A DNA stretch of 64,000 bases. Source: Schmidtea polychroa (Eukaryota). Below the pieces are notes generated by a model. It saw nothing but the letters and a program-made list of their open reading frames with translations. It made no database searches and was not told where the DNA came from. Every line of letters begins with the position of its first letter. Positions within the stretch are counted from its first letter, which is position 1. The stretch lies in the NCBI GenBank assembly GCA_044892525.1, contig CM097885.1:12464001-12528000 (forward strand), given 5' to 3'. Shown piece by piece: positions 25,765 through 38,060 of this stretch. A program made the translations under genes and the position numbers.

Positions 25765-26718
25765 TTATTGAGATCTCCAAATCTCTGGATTTTCTATATT
25801 TAGTTTTTGAAGACTTTTACATTTCTCAATAAATTCCGGACTTTCCAATGCCAGCACGAACATCTTATTCTGTAATGACCGGGCCTTATTGAAGTATCCT
25901 TTGATCAATTTAGAAAAGTTTTGATTGAATTTATAAGTGTCATATTTGACATGGATTGAAACAATCATATGCAACGTTTGAAAGAGCGACAACAAGGTTG
26001 AACATGTTACGGAAATTGTTGCCATTACATACCTTTTTTCATAGCAAGAATGGATTTCGATAATGAGATTCGATTCTATCAAACTTGCATATGGCAAGTA
26101 GGCATCGCTCTTTAGAAATTTGTAGAAAGTATAATTTCCCGGTATAAACTGACAGAACTTTGCAATACCGGCCCAGAAATTCAGAAGCGAAACCACTAAA
26201 CTACAAGATGTAATAATCTGCAACGTCAAGAATACATAATAGTGCTTGTATATAAACATTAATATTTCGAACCTCCAACGGTATTGTATGTCTACAATGT
26301 GCTTCGACACGAATGCTCCAAGGCCATTCAAATGATCCCTCCTGGTAAAGAATAGTTGGTTTGAGATAACTCCACCAAATCCGATGAGGATTAGAATACA
26401 AATTGACCGGGTAATCATCAACTGTGCTAAAGTTTGAAAAACCACTCTGTTGATTTTACAAAATGATTGAGGATTCTGTATCACTTTCATTGACAAATCT
26501 TTATGTTTCATAAAAAATGGACAATATGACTCGAATTTAATTTCGATTTCGTTCAAAAACACTACGTGAATAGTGCTAAATACAGAAGTCAAGATTGAAT
26601 AAATCAAAGTCGCAACTAATAGTTTATTCCATGAACATAAGACTCGACGTCTTTCTTGAATAAGATCGACTTTGATTGGAAATATATTGGGAAATAAACT
26701 ATCCAACAAGCGATTCAT
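25765..26718 (-). CDS. Intronless four-transmembrane protein with innexin/pannexin/LRRC8-like topology
   Basis: About 317 open codons from the ATG at 26718; four hydrophobic segments; two Cys in each putative extracellular loop (ESYC...SFC and KFC...HSC). Confidence 0.6.
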   Translation of the reverse strand: MNRLLDSLFPNIFPIKVDLIQERRRVLCSWNKLLVATLIYSILTSVFSTIHVVFLNEIEIKFESYCPFFMKHKDLSMKVIQNPQSFCKINRVVFQTLAQLMITRSICILILIGFGGVISNQLFFTRRDHLNGLGAFVSKHIVDIQYRWRFEILMFIYKHYYVFLTLQIITSCSLVVSLLNFWAGIAKFCQFIPGNYTFYKFLKSDAYLPYASLIESNLIIEIHSCYEKRYVMATISVTCSTLLSLFQTLHMIVSIHVKYDTYKFNQNFSKLIKGYFNKARSLQNKMFVLALESPEFIEKCKSLQKLNIENPEIWRSQ

Positions 26719-27206
26719 TAAAGTAAATAAAATCAATTAAATAAATAAACTTTTAATATATATTACTAATTTTTATAATTATAAACACAATATACCAAAG
26801 CGCAATAAATAATGGCCTTAATGACAATAAATAACAGCCTCAATAATATTAAAAACTAACCAGTAATAAATGTGTTTGTGTGTCATTAGCAAAAGTGACA
26901 ATATATAAAGTGGCAATAGACAATGCTTTTCATCGCATTAACTATATCATTTAACTTATCAGTTGTGCTGATTAACAAGTTAGACTTTTTTTAAATAATT
27001 ACATATTTTAATGTAATAATAAATTTTAATAGTCATTTTTATAAGGATTCTACGTAACTGCATGAACAAATACTGTAAAGGATACCATAAAAGGTTATCA
27101 AATACTTTAACTTAATCTGATGATTCATTTTCATATTTCACTTTTATATAGTTTTAAATATATAGACTAAATAAATAAACTAAATGACCAACTTAATTTT
27201 ACAATT

Positions 27207-27720
27207 TGTTGAGGATATCTGAATAATAAATGATATGAAAAATAAATAAAATTACCTCGGAGAAAATCTTCATGACAAACGGAACGATCTATGGAAACGC
27301 GGAGAAGAAGGCGGATGTAAAACGAAGCAAGAGATGAGAACGATAAATCACACAAAAGAAAGCAAACAAGAAGTTAAAACAAAGGCCATCATTAATTAAC
27401 AAGTACAAAAGAGGAAAAATGAATTTCAAATTCTAAAATCAAAACAGGAGAAAATTTATATCTTGACAGTTTGTCAAAGATATCAAAATTTCAAAAAAAG
27501 TTGGCCTAACAAAAAAAGAGAAAAAAGCAAGGCATATTTTGACATCTGTCAGAGATAGGGTAGGGACAGTGGCAAATGCGGGAAGGAGAAAAATGGAAAA
27601 ACAAAATTATCTCAAGTACCGCAAATTTAACAAACTATTAAAGGGAAAGATACAGAGAGTTAAAAATTTAAATAAAAGAGTTCAGAAGTTAGAGTCGAGG
27701 AAAAAATTTGAATTTGGATT
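27207..27720 (-). mobile_element. Family A element, truncated inverted copy
   Basis: Begins TGTTGAGGATA (reverse complement of the family A 3' end); homologous to about 3800-4308. Confidence 0.75.
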
Positions 27721-29799
27721 AAACTGTGGGGTTATGGATTGGTGATAATATTTGTAAAGTTAAAATTCTTACCCTGACTCCAAGCGTGTCATTGACTGAC
27801 CCACAAATAACACTTGACAACAGAAATTTTTATTAATTATCACAAATAATTTTCACTTTACACTGACAATCAATTCAACACTCAATACAACAATTCAACA
27901 ATTCGATACAATGCTTATTACAACACTCAGTGAGGAATAGCACTTGTGTACAACACCGGATTGAAAGATCACTAATTACTGATTGGTTTTGTTGGGCTAG
28001 AACTGATTTCTAGACCCAAAGTTTGGAATGGGACGAAATGTGTCAGTACACAACACGCATACCCAGCATTAAGTTTACTTAAATAAAAATATATAAAACA
28101 CCAAGTAAACAATGATAATAGAGAGATAATATACCCAAAAATAAAACATCTGAATTAAAAATAAAATAAAACACGAGCAAGAAGTATTACACGAAAACTT
28201 ACTCAAATATAACCGAAAGACATAAAACAACAAAAAACAAATTCGAATAAAGGCGATTAGTAAAAATTAAAAAAGAAAATTAAAGAAAATCTTCATAAAA
28301 TCTTACGTAAAGAAAATTACATCGATATTTTGAATAAAAATCCAGAACAATTCATAAAAATGGCGAAATCCATCATGACGGCCAAACGACCCAATAAAAT
28401 TTATAAAAAATAAATATTTTAGTTTAAAAAATAAATATTTTAGAAAAGAAATCATAAAAAACAATTTAAAAATAAGAAATAGATTGAATTTAGCATGGAC
28501 TGTTTTGGAAATGCTGAAATCCATCATGGAGGCAAATTTAATAAAAAATAATTCGAAAATAAAATTTCAAAAATAAAAACAAAAATTCTTACTGAAAAAT
28601 CGCCATCAAAATCGATAAAAATTATAAATCGAATGTTCGAGAATTAAAATAATCTGAATTTGTTTTACTGCATCAATGCACGCATGTATACTTACACGTC
28701 AAACAGAGGCTATATAAACTAACACATTTCGTCACTTTTTAAGCAAGGAAAAAAATGAAAATGAATATTTTTACTCTTATGCCAAATTTTTGATTTTGAT
28801 TTTTCTGAGATTGTAAGTAAGGACGATTTCATTGTGAATTATAAATTATTATTATTGAAACCTTGTTTTCATTATTTCTATTTAATTATAGAGGTGTAGA
28901 TTTGAATGAGATCGTCGGTTATCAATGATTTTGAAGCGAGATCCCAGCCAAACCTGCACCTATGCACTTTATCATTTATGAATGCACAGTTCATAATGAT
29001 TTCGGGTCATCGACCCTACATGCACTAAAATCATAATCTTAACCAGAGGTCGCCACGAACTATTGGTGTTTAACCATGAGTAGGGCGTATAAATCCTTCT
29101 TGGTAGTTGGCATAGTCACAGGGACTATGCGGACGAAATAATTATGGGAAACTAATTGTGGATACATATTGCAATAGGGCCTATCGTACCGTACTCAGTG
29201 TAGTCGGGAAAGTAGGTAAATTTTAATTAAATCGACCTTTTCGTTAATTTACATACCTAAATTAACACTTAAATTATACTATTTTGCACACAACATTAGG
29301 AACTGATAAACGGGGAATATCCCCTGACTCAAATTTCACACAATACAACATGCTAGTGTAGCTGGTTATTTCTAAACGAATCCCTCTTAAACTATAAATT
29401 CAATGTGAACCTAAGAAACTAATTAACTCAAAATAACAGGGAGATCCCTGCGCAAATTTTTTTAAGGCAATTAAAGACTTAAAAATTTTGAACCATTCCC
29501 TGTAAGAATACTGCAACCTAAAGTTCATGCGATGAGTAGGACCTAAGATGATATAATCTCAATCGCACTGGTAAGCGAACTAATATCTATAGATGCCCAC
29601 AAAATAACCTATTTTGATGCAAACTAAATTTCTCTATCGTAATGGTCTTGGTATGCGCAAATTCCCGTAGACATATTGATAAAGTCTCTTTATCTATAAA
29701 CTACTAATATTATATCTATAACTTATAAGTTCGGGCAACATCTTCACATTATTCTACACTAAATTAAATAGACTCTAAACTAACTATAAAAATACAAAT

Positions 29800-30615
29800 C
29801 GTAAACCCATAAAAATATAAATTATCCTCTCAATTTCATAAAAATATGAATTATACTTATAGATTTAATTTCTTCAAAATATAAATTATGATTAGTTATA
29901 AAAGTATAAATTATAAATTTAATTTCCTAAGAATATAAATTACAAATTTATATTGACTGAAAAATTATAAATTATAACTCTAAGTTGATTGTAAAAGTAT
30001 AAATTATAATCCTAATTTCATAAAAATATAAATTATAATTAGTTATAGAAGTATAAATTATAAATTTAATTTCCTAAAAATATAAATTACAAATTTACAT
30101 TGACTATAAATTATAAATTATAACTCTAAGTTGATTGTAAAAGTATAAATTATAATCTTAATTTCTTCAAAATATAAATCATGATCTTAAAAGTATAAAT
30201 CATAAAATTATATTAGTCTTAGAACATAAACTATAAATTTAACTTAACCTCATAAAAATATAAATTATAAACTTAAAAGTATAAATTATAAAGTTATATT
30301 AGTTTTAAAAATATAAATTATAAACTTAACTTCATCAAAATATAAATTATAAAATTATATTAGCTTTAAAATATAAACCATAAATTTAACTTCATAAAAA
30401 TATAAATTATAAACTTAACAATATAAATTATAAAATTATATTAACTTTAGAAATATAAACTATAAATTGAACTTCACCAAATATAAATTATAAACTTAAA
30501 AGTATAAATTATAAAATTATATCAGTTCTAAAATATAAACTATAAATTTAACTTCATAAAAATATAAATTATAAAATTATATTAGCTTTAAAATATAAAC
30601 TATAAATTTAACTTA
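29800..30615. repeat. AT-rich satellite (TATAAATTATAA core) inside family B copy 2
   Basis: Many degenerate units; a shorter reverse-complement counterpart lies at about 17940-18230. Confidence 0.85.
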
Positions 30616-31734
30616 ACTTAGATTGCCTTTAACATCATAGTTGAAAATTTTTCATCAAAGACCCCCCATAAACCATATAGTCATCAACTACCACCTAAAT
30701 ATACTAAATTAGCTTATCTTAATATATATTTAACTTATATTATATTTTAAAATATAAATTGAAAATTTTCATAAATGACCCCCTTCAAATTATGTAGCCA
30801 TTAACTATTCCTTAGGTATACTGAATTGTATCATCTTCGTATAGAGTCAAATTATATTTCAAACCAAAAAAAAAAAAATAATAATTCCATAAATTTTCGT
30901 AAATGATCCCCCCATATGTAGTAATCTTATAAAAATATAAATTTACATTTATTATTATTATTATTGTTATTATTATTATTATTATTATTATTAGCATTGT
31001 TACCAGTAACATTATCACTCTTACTATTATTATTACTATTATCATTATTATTATTATATTATTAAAATAATTATCTTTATTTCATAAAAATAAAATTATA
31101 AAACAAATTATTGATTTTGGGATTCCCCTATCTCTAAATTTAGTTTCAATGGCCCTATCTTCCAATAAAATTACGGAAAATCACTAAAATCTATTTTTAG
31201 TAACACCCCCCCCCTGAAAACGACATCAATATTATTAATTTAAATTATATCCATATATGTATATATGTGTGGGTGTATATGTATGTGTATATATAAGTGG
31301 ATATGTGTATGTACATACCGATTTATAAAACAACCTTATAACAATACGATAACCTTCCCCCTCAAGACCCCTGTTATGTGATGGAACGAGGATAGAGTAG
31401 TTTACTGAAGTAATTTAGTAGAATCATTTATTAATTTATTAAAATTATTGGATTTATTTTTAACTAGATCAAAAGAAGAAAAACAAAGACTAAGTTTATT
31501 GATTTCGATCATCAAATTTATTCACATAATTGTTTCTTTGAATCATATTCATACCAAAAAGTCCTTCGAGCTCAGTTGATGGACCATCCCGATGAAATAC
31601 ATTTCCTGGGGTTGGAAAATGGAAAACTTATTAAAATATCTTTCAGAATTTCTTTTAGATTTCCACAATTAAATAATTCCAAATTATTTCTCACAAATAT
31701 ATTCGATCAGAAAGAATTTTAATATTTTATTTAA

Positions 31735-32403
31735 TTACAACATCCTGAATTTATTTCTTTGCTTGGCTGCTTTAAGATCATAAATGGGCATTTTTCATTT
31801 ATTAATCGGATAAAATCAGTTTTTCTGTACAACCTTTACATTCTTCACCCCAGCTTTCTAATATTTTTTGAGATCTTTAACGCGAGCTTTGTTTAGATTA
31901 ATACCAGTAAGATCAATAGGTTTGTCTGAAAAATAGTTGAATTAATATTTAAAATCTTAACTGAACATACCATATTTTAATTCACAAATTTGTGAATCAA
32001 TTGCTTTTAGTTTTTCAGACTTTTTCAGCGGGCATAACCCAACTCAAAGGCTGAGACAAATGTTTTACAATATATGCAGTAGATGTTACCAATCCTCCAA
32101 TATAATAACACTAAAAATAAATTACAATTTTATAGTAATCAGTTATAATACCTTACCAGACTTTATTCTTTTCCTTTACTTGTTTTGCTCATCTTTTTGA
32201 ATTTATTTTCAATATTTTCGATATTTGTACTTTCATCTCCATCTAGACTATCTTTCAGGCGTCTCACAAACTTAACACAAACTGAACAATTTTTAAATAT
32301 AATAATAATAAGTGCCAAATACCTTCGCAATTATTTTCATTAACTGTAGCTGACATTACATAGTAAACAATGATTAGAAAAGAAAAACTGATAAAATTTT
32401 CAT
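31735..32403 (-). pseudogene. MANF: MANF/ARMET copy, 4 exons (32403-32323, 32281-32157, 32110-31971, 31925-31735), with frameshifts and a stop
   Basis: Signal peptide, then [47 protein letters not shown] and WGEECKGCTE; introns of 41, 46 and 45 nt. Confidence 0.9.
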
Positions 32404-35400
32404 TGCAAAATATTACTAATATAAAAAAAATGGTTTGTTAAAAAAAAATAATTAGTTAAAACAAGTTTAAAATACTTCAAACTGACGTATAAGTTTTGTT
32501 TAAAATGTAAGTAACGAGTATTGTAAAATTAATTTAATATTATTATAAATTTTGAATTAAAATTTTCTTAAAATTCTAGAAAAAAATCTATTATTAATAG
32601 AAAACAAATTTTTAAAAATAAATAAGGTTTGAGTCAATTTGAATTTTCTAGAAGTATCTCTTAAAATTATATAGGGAATTGTTTTGTAACAGTTATTGAT
32701 GTATTTTGAATTTATTTAACTTGAATTAAAAATATAATATTAACAAAAATGTATTGTGAGATTTTGATTGTTGATCTAACCATCTCTCTATAACTACCCG
32801 GGCTCAACAAAGGGGAGTGTCATTGTAGGTCAACTAGGACAGTCATAGTCACCGCGAAATACGCTTAGTCAAATAATACGCGGTCATAAACAATCAGGGT
32901 TCTTGTAAAGTTATTATATTTTGTTGTTGTGGTTGGTGAAATTTCTGACCCTTATTTGTATGTTCACTAATATATAAGTTGTTTGTTTTTTGATTATTTT
33001 CTAATTAAATTCATTATTCCCAAAAATTTCTTAAGGTATGTTTAATAAACTTTGGTTATGTTTCACTTAATTTATACTCAAACATGTTAGATGGGGTATT
33101 GTATGAACAGGTTTTGATAGATTAATGTATGATTCCTGATGACTTATGATCGTTTGAGGATAGAAAGTTTGTATAAGCATAGTTGAGGAAGTGATTATAA
33201 TAAGGGACCTGCGTAAATCGGACATACATCTTCTAACGATAGTCCGTGAACCCATTAGAGTGCTCGACAATTACAGTGCAAGTAGTGCGCTCACTTTTTG
33301 CGAGTACTCACCCTCTTGATACAGTACCAACGTTGATCGCTCAACGGGTATCAAGCGGTAAACAATGTTGTATCTTGGGTTACGCTGGTAACAGCACTAA
33401 AGAGCAAAATATTTGATCATCGGTAACCCACCAGTTTATTGACTGGAACTTTGAGTTGTTTGTTTTCTTTGACCTTCTTCGACAACTTTATTTAAATATT
33501 CAAATAACTTTTTTTGTTTATTTCTCAACTAATTCTTTTTGAAAATTCCCCAACAAATTGTTTTCCAATAAATACTCGTTTCAATGGTTTCTATAAAATT
33601 TCTCACACAATTTCTCCGTTAATTTTCTCCGTTAGTTTATCTTCTTTTTCCGTAGACTCATGACTCATTTTCCCTTTCGTTCTCTAATAAATTTCCGTCT
33701 AATATTTGTCTGATTTTGTGTCGCTTTCTCGGTTAACGGTTTCTCTTTATATAGCTTGTTTTATTTGTGGCACTCGAGATAATCAAATGTTTTCTATTTT
33801 TCTTTCTCCTGCATTTTTCATTTTATCTCTGACTGATATAGAGATATTTTTCCCTTTTCCTTTTTTGTTAAGCCGCCTTCTCTCAGAAATTCCGCTATCT
33901 TTGACAAGCTGTCAAGAGATACGGCTTTTTCCAATGTTTTTTTTCTAGAATTTGAAATTCCTTTTCTCCTTTGTACTACGAGAGCTATTCTTCACGTAGT
34001 GACGTAATAAGCTCTGGATAATTTTCTATACTAGAATTAATTGGCTGTAATTGCAACTAGTACAATCTATTGTGATTAGATAAAGGTTTATTTTGATTGA
34101 GAATTGTTAATTTGTGAATTGATAAAACACACTTGGAGTCAGAGAGGTGTGTCATTTTTTGATTTTTTCCATATTTTATTTTTTCTTTTTTGTTTACTCA
34201 TTTCTTCTACTCGCTTCACTTCCCATGATTGTGGAACAATACAACTTTTATTTTATTCATTTCATCACCCCAATCATTTTATTTAATTTACCAATATTTA
34301 TTCAATATTTATTATATAGATATCCTCAACAAAATTATTAAAACAAGAAACTTTTGTACTGGATTTATTTAAATACTAACTAGTGCAAATCGATATTTCA
34401 AATAATTTTTTGAAACCTCAACATTATATTTGTTCATTTTCCCGTATTTGATTGATGGTTTTTACATGTTTTAATGTCAAATCGACTTTAGATTATGTCT
34501 GAATGTTGTGTTCACAAATTTTTTTCTTTCATCAATTTAGACATCACAATACATCTGAATTATGTCCCGCGATATTTTGGCATTCCCATGTTTAAATCAT
34601 TACACTTTGAAGTTGAATAACTCTTACTTGAGTGACTGCACTTGGTTTTCATATATCTAAATTTAATCAAAAGGCTCAAATTTATTTAAGTTATCAACAT
34701 ACAGTAAAACCGAAAGATCAGATTCACTTAGTAATGGGGGATTTATATATTGCTATTATTAACTTAATGACCTTAACTATTTGTTGTTAATACCTTCGTT
34801 TCGTGACCTATCGTCATGACGGATTAACAAAAGGCGTCCTTAATGTCAAACGTAAAGGATTGATTAAAAAGTAAGCATAAAAAGTAAGTATTCCGAATGT
34901 TGAGGTCTCAAAATGTGAGTAATTACAACAATCATGTTAACAAATTATTTCATCATTTTTAATATCACTTCTTAAGAATCTTTAAAAACTCTTGAACACA
35001 GTAACAAGGCCATTTTCTTCATGACTGTTTTTAAATTAAGGGTTTAAAAAAATTTTAAATGGTGAGATTTATTTTATGATTTTAAATCTTTGCTGTGTTA
35101 TGAATTTATACACATCACTTTTTCGTTTATATTCTAAGCATGAAAATATTTAACAAATAAAATTTTTTTTAGAAATAACTTTAATTAACAAAATCTTTGA
35201 AAATATTATTATCTAAGATAATTTGGATGAGAATAAATTTGTATTTCGCACGTCGTTTTAATAATATATAGAAAGCGTGTAATATTTTAAAAAATTGTCA
35301 TAAAAATAATTTTCATTTTATCAAGTTTAACTCTATTTAAATAAACATTTTAAACTTATCATTTAATTGATTATAATATTTTGATTTATTAATTATGGGT

Positions 35401-35404
35401 ATAG

Positions 35405-35896
35405 GTAAATATTTGTCTGTTGATCTTATTTGTGGTCTCCACAAGCTATTTTGTTATCAGTGATATTAAAAATTTAAAGGATGCTGACATCGAAAGAATT
35501 TCTAAACAGTGGGAAGAAAGTGATGAAGACTTTGATAAAGAAACAGAACGCGAAACTTTCCCTGAAATCAATTTAAATAAAATCAATCTTGATAATCCTG
35601 ATGAATATCTTCGCCAGTCTCAAATGAAAAAGCAAACTATGTTATTTGTTGATTTGCAGTTTGTATCTAATGAACGTGATAGAGATGAAATCACGTCTTT
35701 GTGGTATTATTTGCTTCATGGAAATCATATTGAGGTTCAGGTCTATCCCGCTTCTACTACTCGAGTAATAATTATGGTATTAAATGGGTCACAGCTGTTT
35801 GAAGTAAAACGTTTCCTTCTGACTCAAAAGAATTGCAAAAGTGTTACTATTGATGGGAAAGAATTTTTACCTAATCAAAATAAAAATGAATTATAG
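35405..35896 (+). CDS. MESD: MESD/Boca-like LRP chaperone; start unresolved (nearest ATG, at 35395, is out of frame)
   Basis: Hydrophobic leader, DADIERISKQWEE, KKQTMLFVDL, ITSLW...NHIEVQVY, VKRFLLTQKNCKSVTIDGKEF, and a C-terminal KNEL ER-retention-like signal. Confidence 0.85.
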   Translation, partial: VNICLLILFVVSTSYFVISDIKNLKDADIERISKQWEESDEDFDKETERETFPEINLNKINLDNPDEYLRQSQMKKQTMLFVDLQFVSNERDRDEITSLWYYLLHGNHIEVQVYPASTTRVIIMVLNGSQLFEVKRFLLTQKNCKSVTIDGKEFLPNQNKNEL

Positions 35897-36149
35897 TTTT
35901 ATAATTATTTTTGTTGCTTTTTTTAATAAATTTTTAATTGTATTTCGATTTTTTGCAATTTATTTTAAAATATTTATTCAATTTCCTAGAATATTCCCAT
36001 GAGACACTCAATGCGGTGTGTTATAATGCTATTGACAATTAGTGACAGCAAATTAAGGGGTCAACAACCAATAAATTATAATAACCCCTCTGCTTAACGT
36101 GTGGCCCGACAAAATTATGGTGGAAAATTATAATAAATTGTAGTCGACG

Positions 36150-36506
36150 ATCCAGCTTATCGTGACATAGAGACAATCTGTGATTACATGGAAGATAACT
36201 TCATAGATAGACGAAGAAGAGGACCACCAAGATTCTCCATTTAACTGTGGAGTCAATTTTCTAGAGTAATTGATTACCTTTGCAGCAACCACGCAATCGA
36301 GGTTTGGCACAATGTCATCGGTTTTGCGCATCCGACCACAACAAAACTTGCACTTGGAACTGGGGAACAACGGCTGGAAAGAAAAGGAAAACATACATAT
36401 ATCTGAAAACGAAGCGTTGCATACTATGATGCCCAACTACAACAACCGAGATCCAATGACATATTTAGAAGCCATTGCACGTGTTTTAAACATTAATGTT
36501 GTTTGA
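36150..36506 (+). mobile_element. MULE transposase C-terminal remnant
   Basis: PPRFSI*LWSQFSRV...NHAIEVWHN..HPT, and YNNRDPMTYLEAIA. Confidence 0.65.
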
Positions 36507-36708
36507 CTTCATTATTCATTTTCATTTATAAAACACAATTTTCATTTTTAGAAACATTTTTAAATAACCTACCAATAAATAATAATCACTTTATTGACTC
36601 AGTGTCTGACAAATTAATTTTTGCTAGTTATAATTATTATCATAAACTACATTTAGATTAAATTTCAATAATAAAGATTATTTTCTTTTTTCATCATATG
36701 TCCGTGCT

Positions 36709-37100
36709 ATTTTGTCCTAGCTTGGTCCCAGGGCCGTGCCAAGGTGTGTTGGCGCCGGGGGCCAGCCAAAATTTGCCGCCCCTCCCCTTAATAAGTAAAA
36801 AAAATCTGAAGCAAATATTTTTCATAATAAAACAAATAAATTATTATTTTTCATATATTTGCAAAAAACTTAAAAAAAACAACAACATTTGGAACCATAA
36901 CAATAATATATATGTAATAAACAAAAAGCAAAAAAACATTTTACCAACACTAAATTTTACTTAAAAAAAAACTTTTCTCACTTTTTTGACTGCAAATTCA
37001 TTAGTTAGATCAGTAGTGTCTAAATCTGCTGCTATTTCTTTTTCAAATGCACATTTGGCGCCCACTGCCCCTAAGACAATCTTTAAATCTTTGTGCCCCT
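36709..37100 (-). mobile_element. hAT remnant (GC-rich terminus plus dimerization-domain tail)
   Basis: CAGGGCCGTGCC terminus; minus strand reads FEKEIAADLDTTDLTNEFAVKKVRK. Confidence 0.6.
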
Positions 37101-37117
37101 AAAAAAAACAGAAGCAA

Positions 37118-38060
37118 TAAGTATCACACGAAAACTTACTCAAATATAACCGAAAGACATAAAACCACAAAAACAAATTCGAATAAAGGCGATTAGTAAA
37201 AATTAAAAAGAAAATTAAAGAAAATCTCCATAAAATCTTACGTAAAGAAAATTATATCAAAATGTTGAATAAAATTCCAGAACAATTCATAAAAATGGCG
37301 AAATCCATCATTGCCGCCAAACGACCCAATAAAATTTATAAAAAATAAATATTCCAATTTTAAATATAAAAATTTAAGAAAAAGATTCACAAAAAAACAA
37401 TTTAAAAATAAGAACTAGATTAAATTTAGCATGGAATGTTCTGGGAATGCCGAAATCCATCATGGAAACAAATTTAATAAAAAATAATTCAAAAATAAAA
37501 TTTCAAAAATCAAATCAAAAATTAATACGTCAAAATCGCCATCAAAATTATTAAAAATTATAAATCGAATGTTCTAGAATTAAAATAATTCGAATTTGTT
37601 TTACTGCATCAATACATGCATACATACTTGCACACCAAACATAGGCTATATAAACTAATACATTTCGTCACTTTCCAATGTTTACTCTTATGCCAAAATT
37701 TTGATTTTGATTTTTCTGAGATTGTAAGTAAGGACGATTTCATTGTGAATTATAAATTAATATTATTTAAACTTTGTTTTCATTTTTCTATTTAACTATA
37801 GAGGTGTAGGTTTGAGTGAGATCGTCGGTTATTATCGATTTTGGAGCGAGATCCCAGTCAACCCTGCACCTATGCTTTTCTTTTGTTGTGGGGTTCACAC
37901 CCTCAACGATTATGGGTCTATGACCCAACCTGCACTAAAATGAATTTTTACTACCAGAGGTCGCCACGAACAAATAGTGTTTAACCAAAGAGTAGAGCGC
38001 ATAAATCCATCTTGGTAGTCGGCATAGTCATAGGGCTATGCGGACGAATTAACTATGGAA
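37118..38060 (+). mobile_element. Family B element, partial copy 3
   Basis: Closely similar to about 28180-29150. Confidence 0.85.

Larger units (their letters stand above)
27990..33433 (+). mobile_element. Family B element, copy 2 (5444 bp)
   Basis: TGTTGGGCTAG...TAACCCACCA; 4-bp TSD GTTT (27986-27989 and 33434-33437); nested in a family A copy. Confidence 0.85.
27725..34331 (+). mobile_element. Family A element split by family B copy 2 (halves 27725-27989 and 33438-34331)
   Basis: The 5' half matches 3334-3580; homology resumes right after the insertion and ends ATCCTCAACA; flanks AAAC/AAAT are a 3-of-4 TSD match. Confidence 0.8.
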
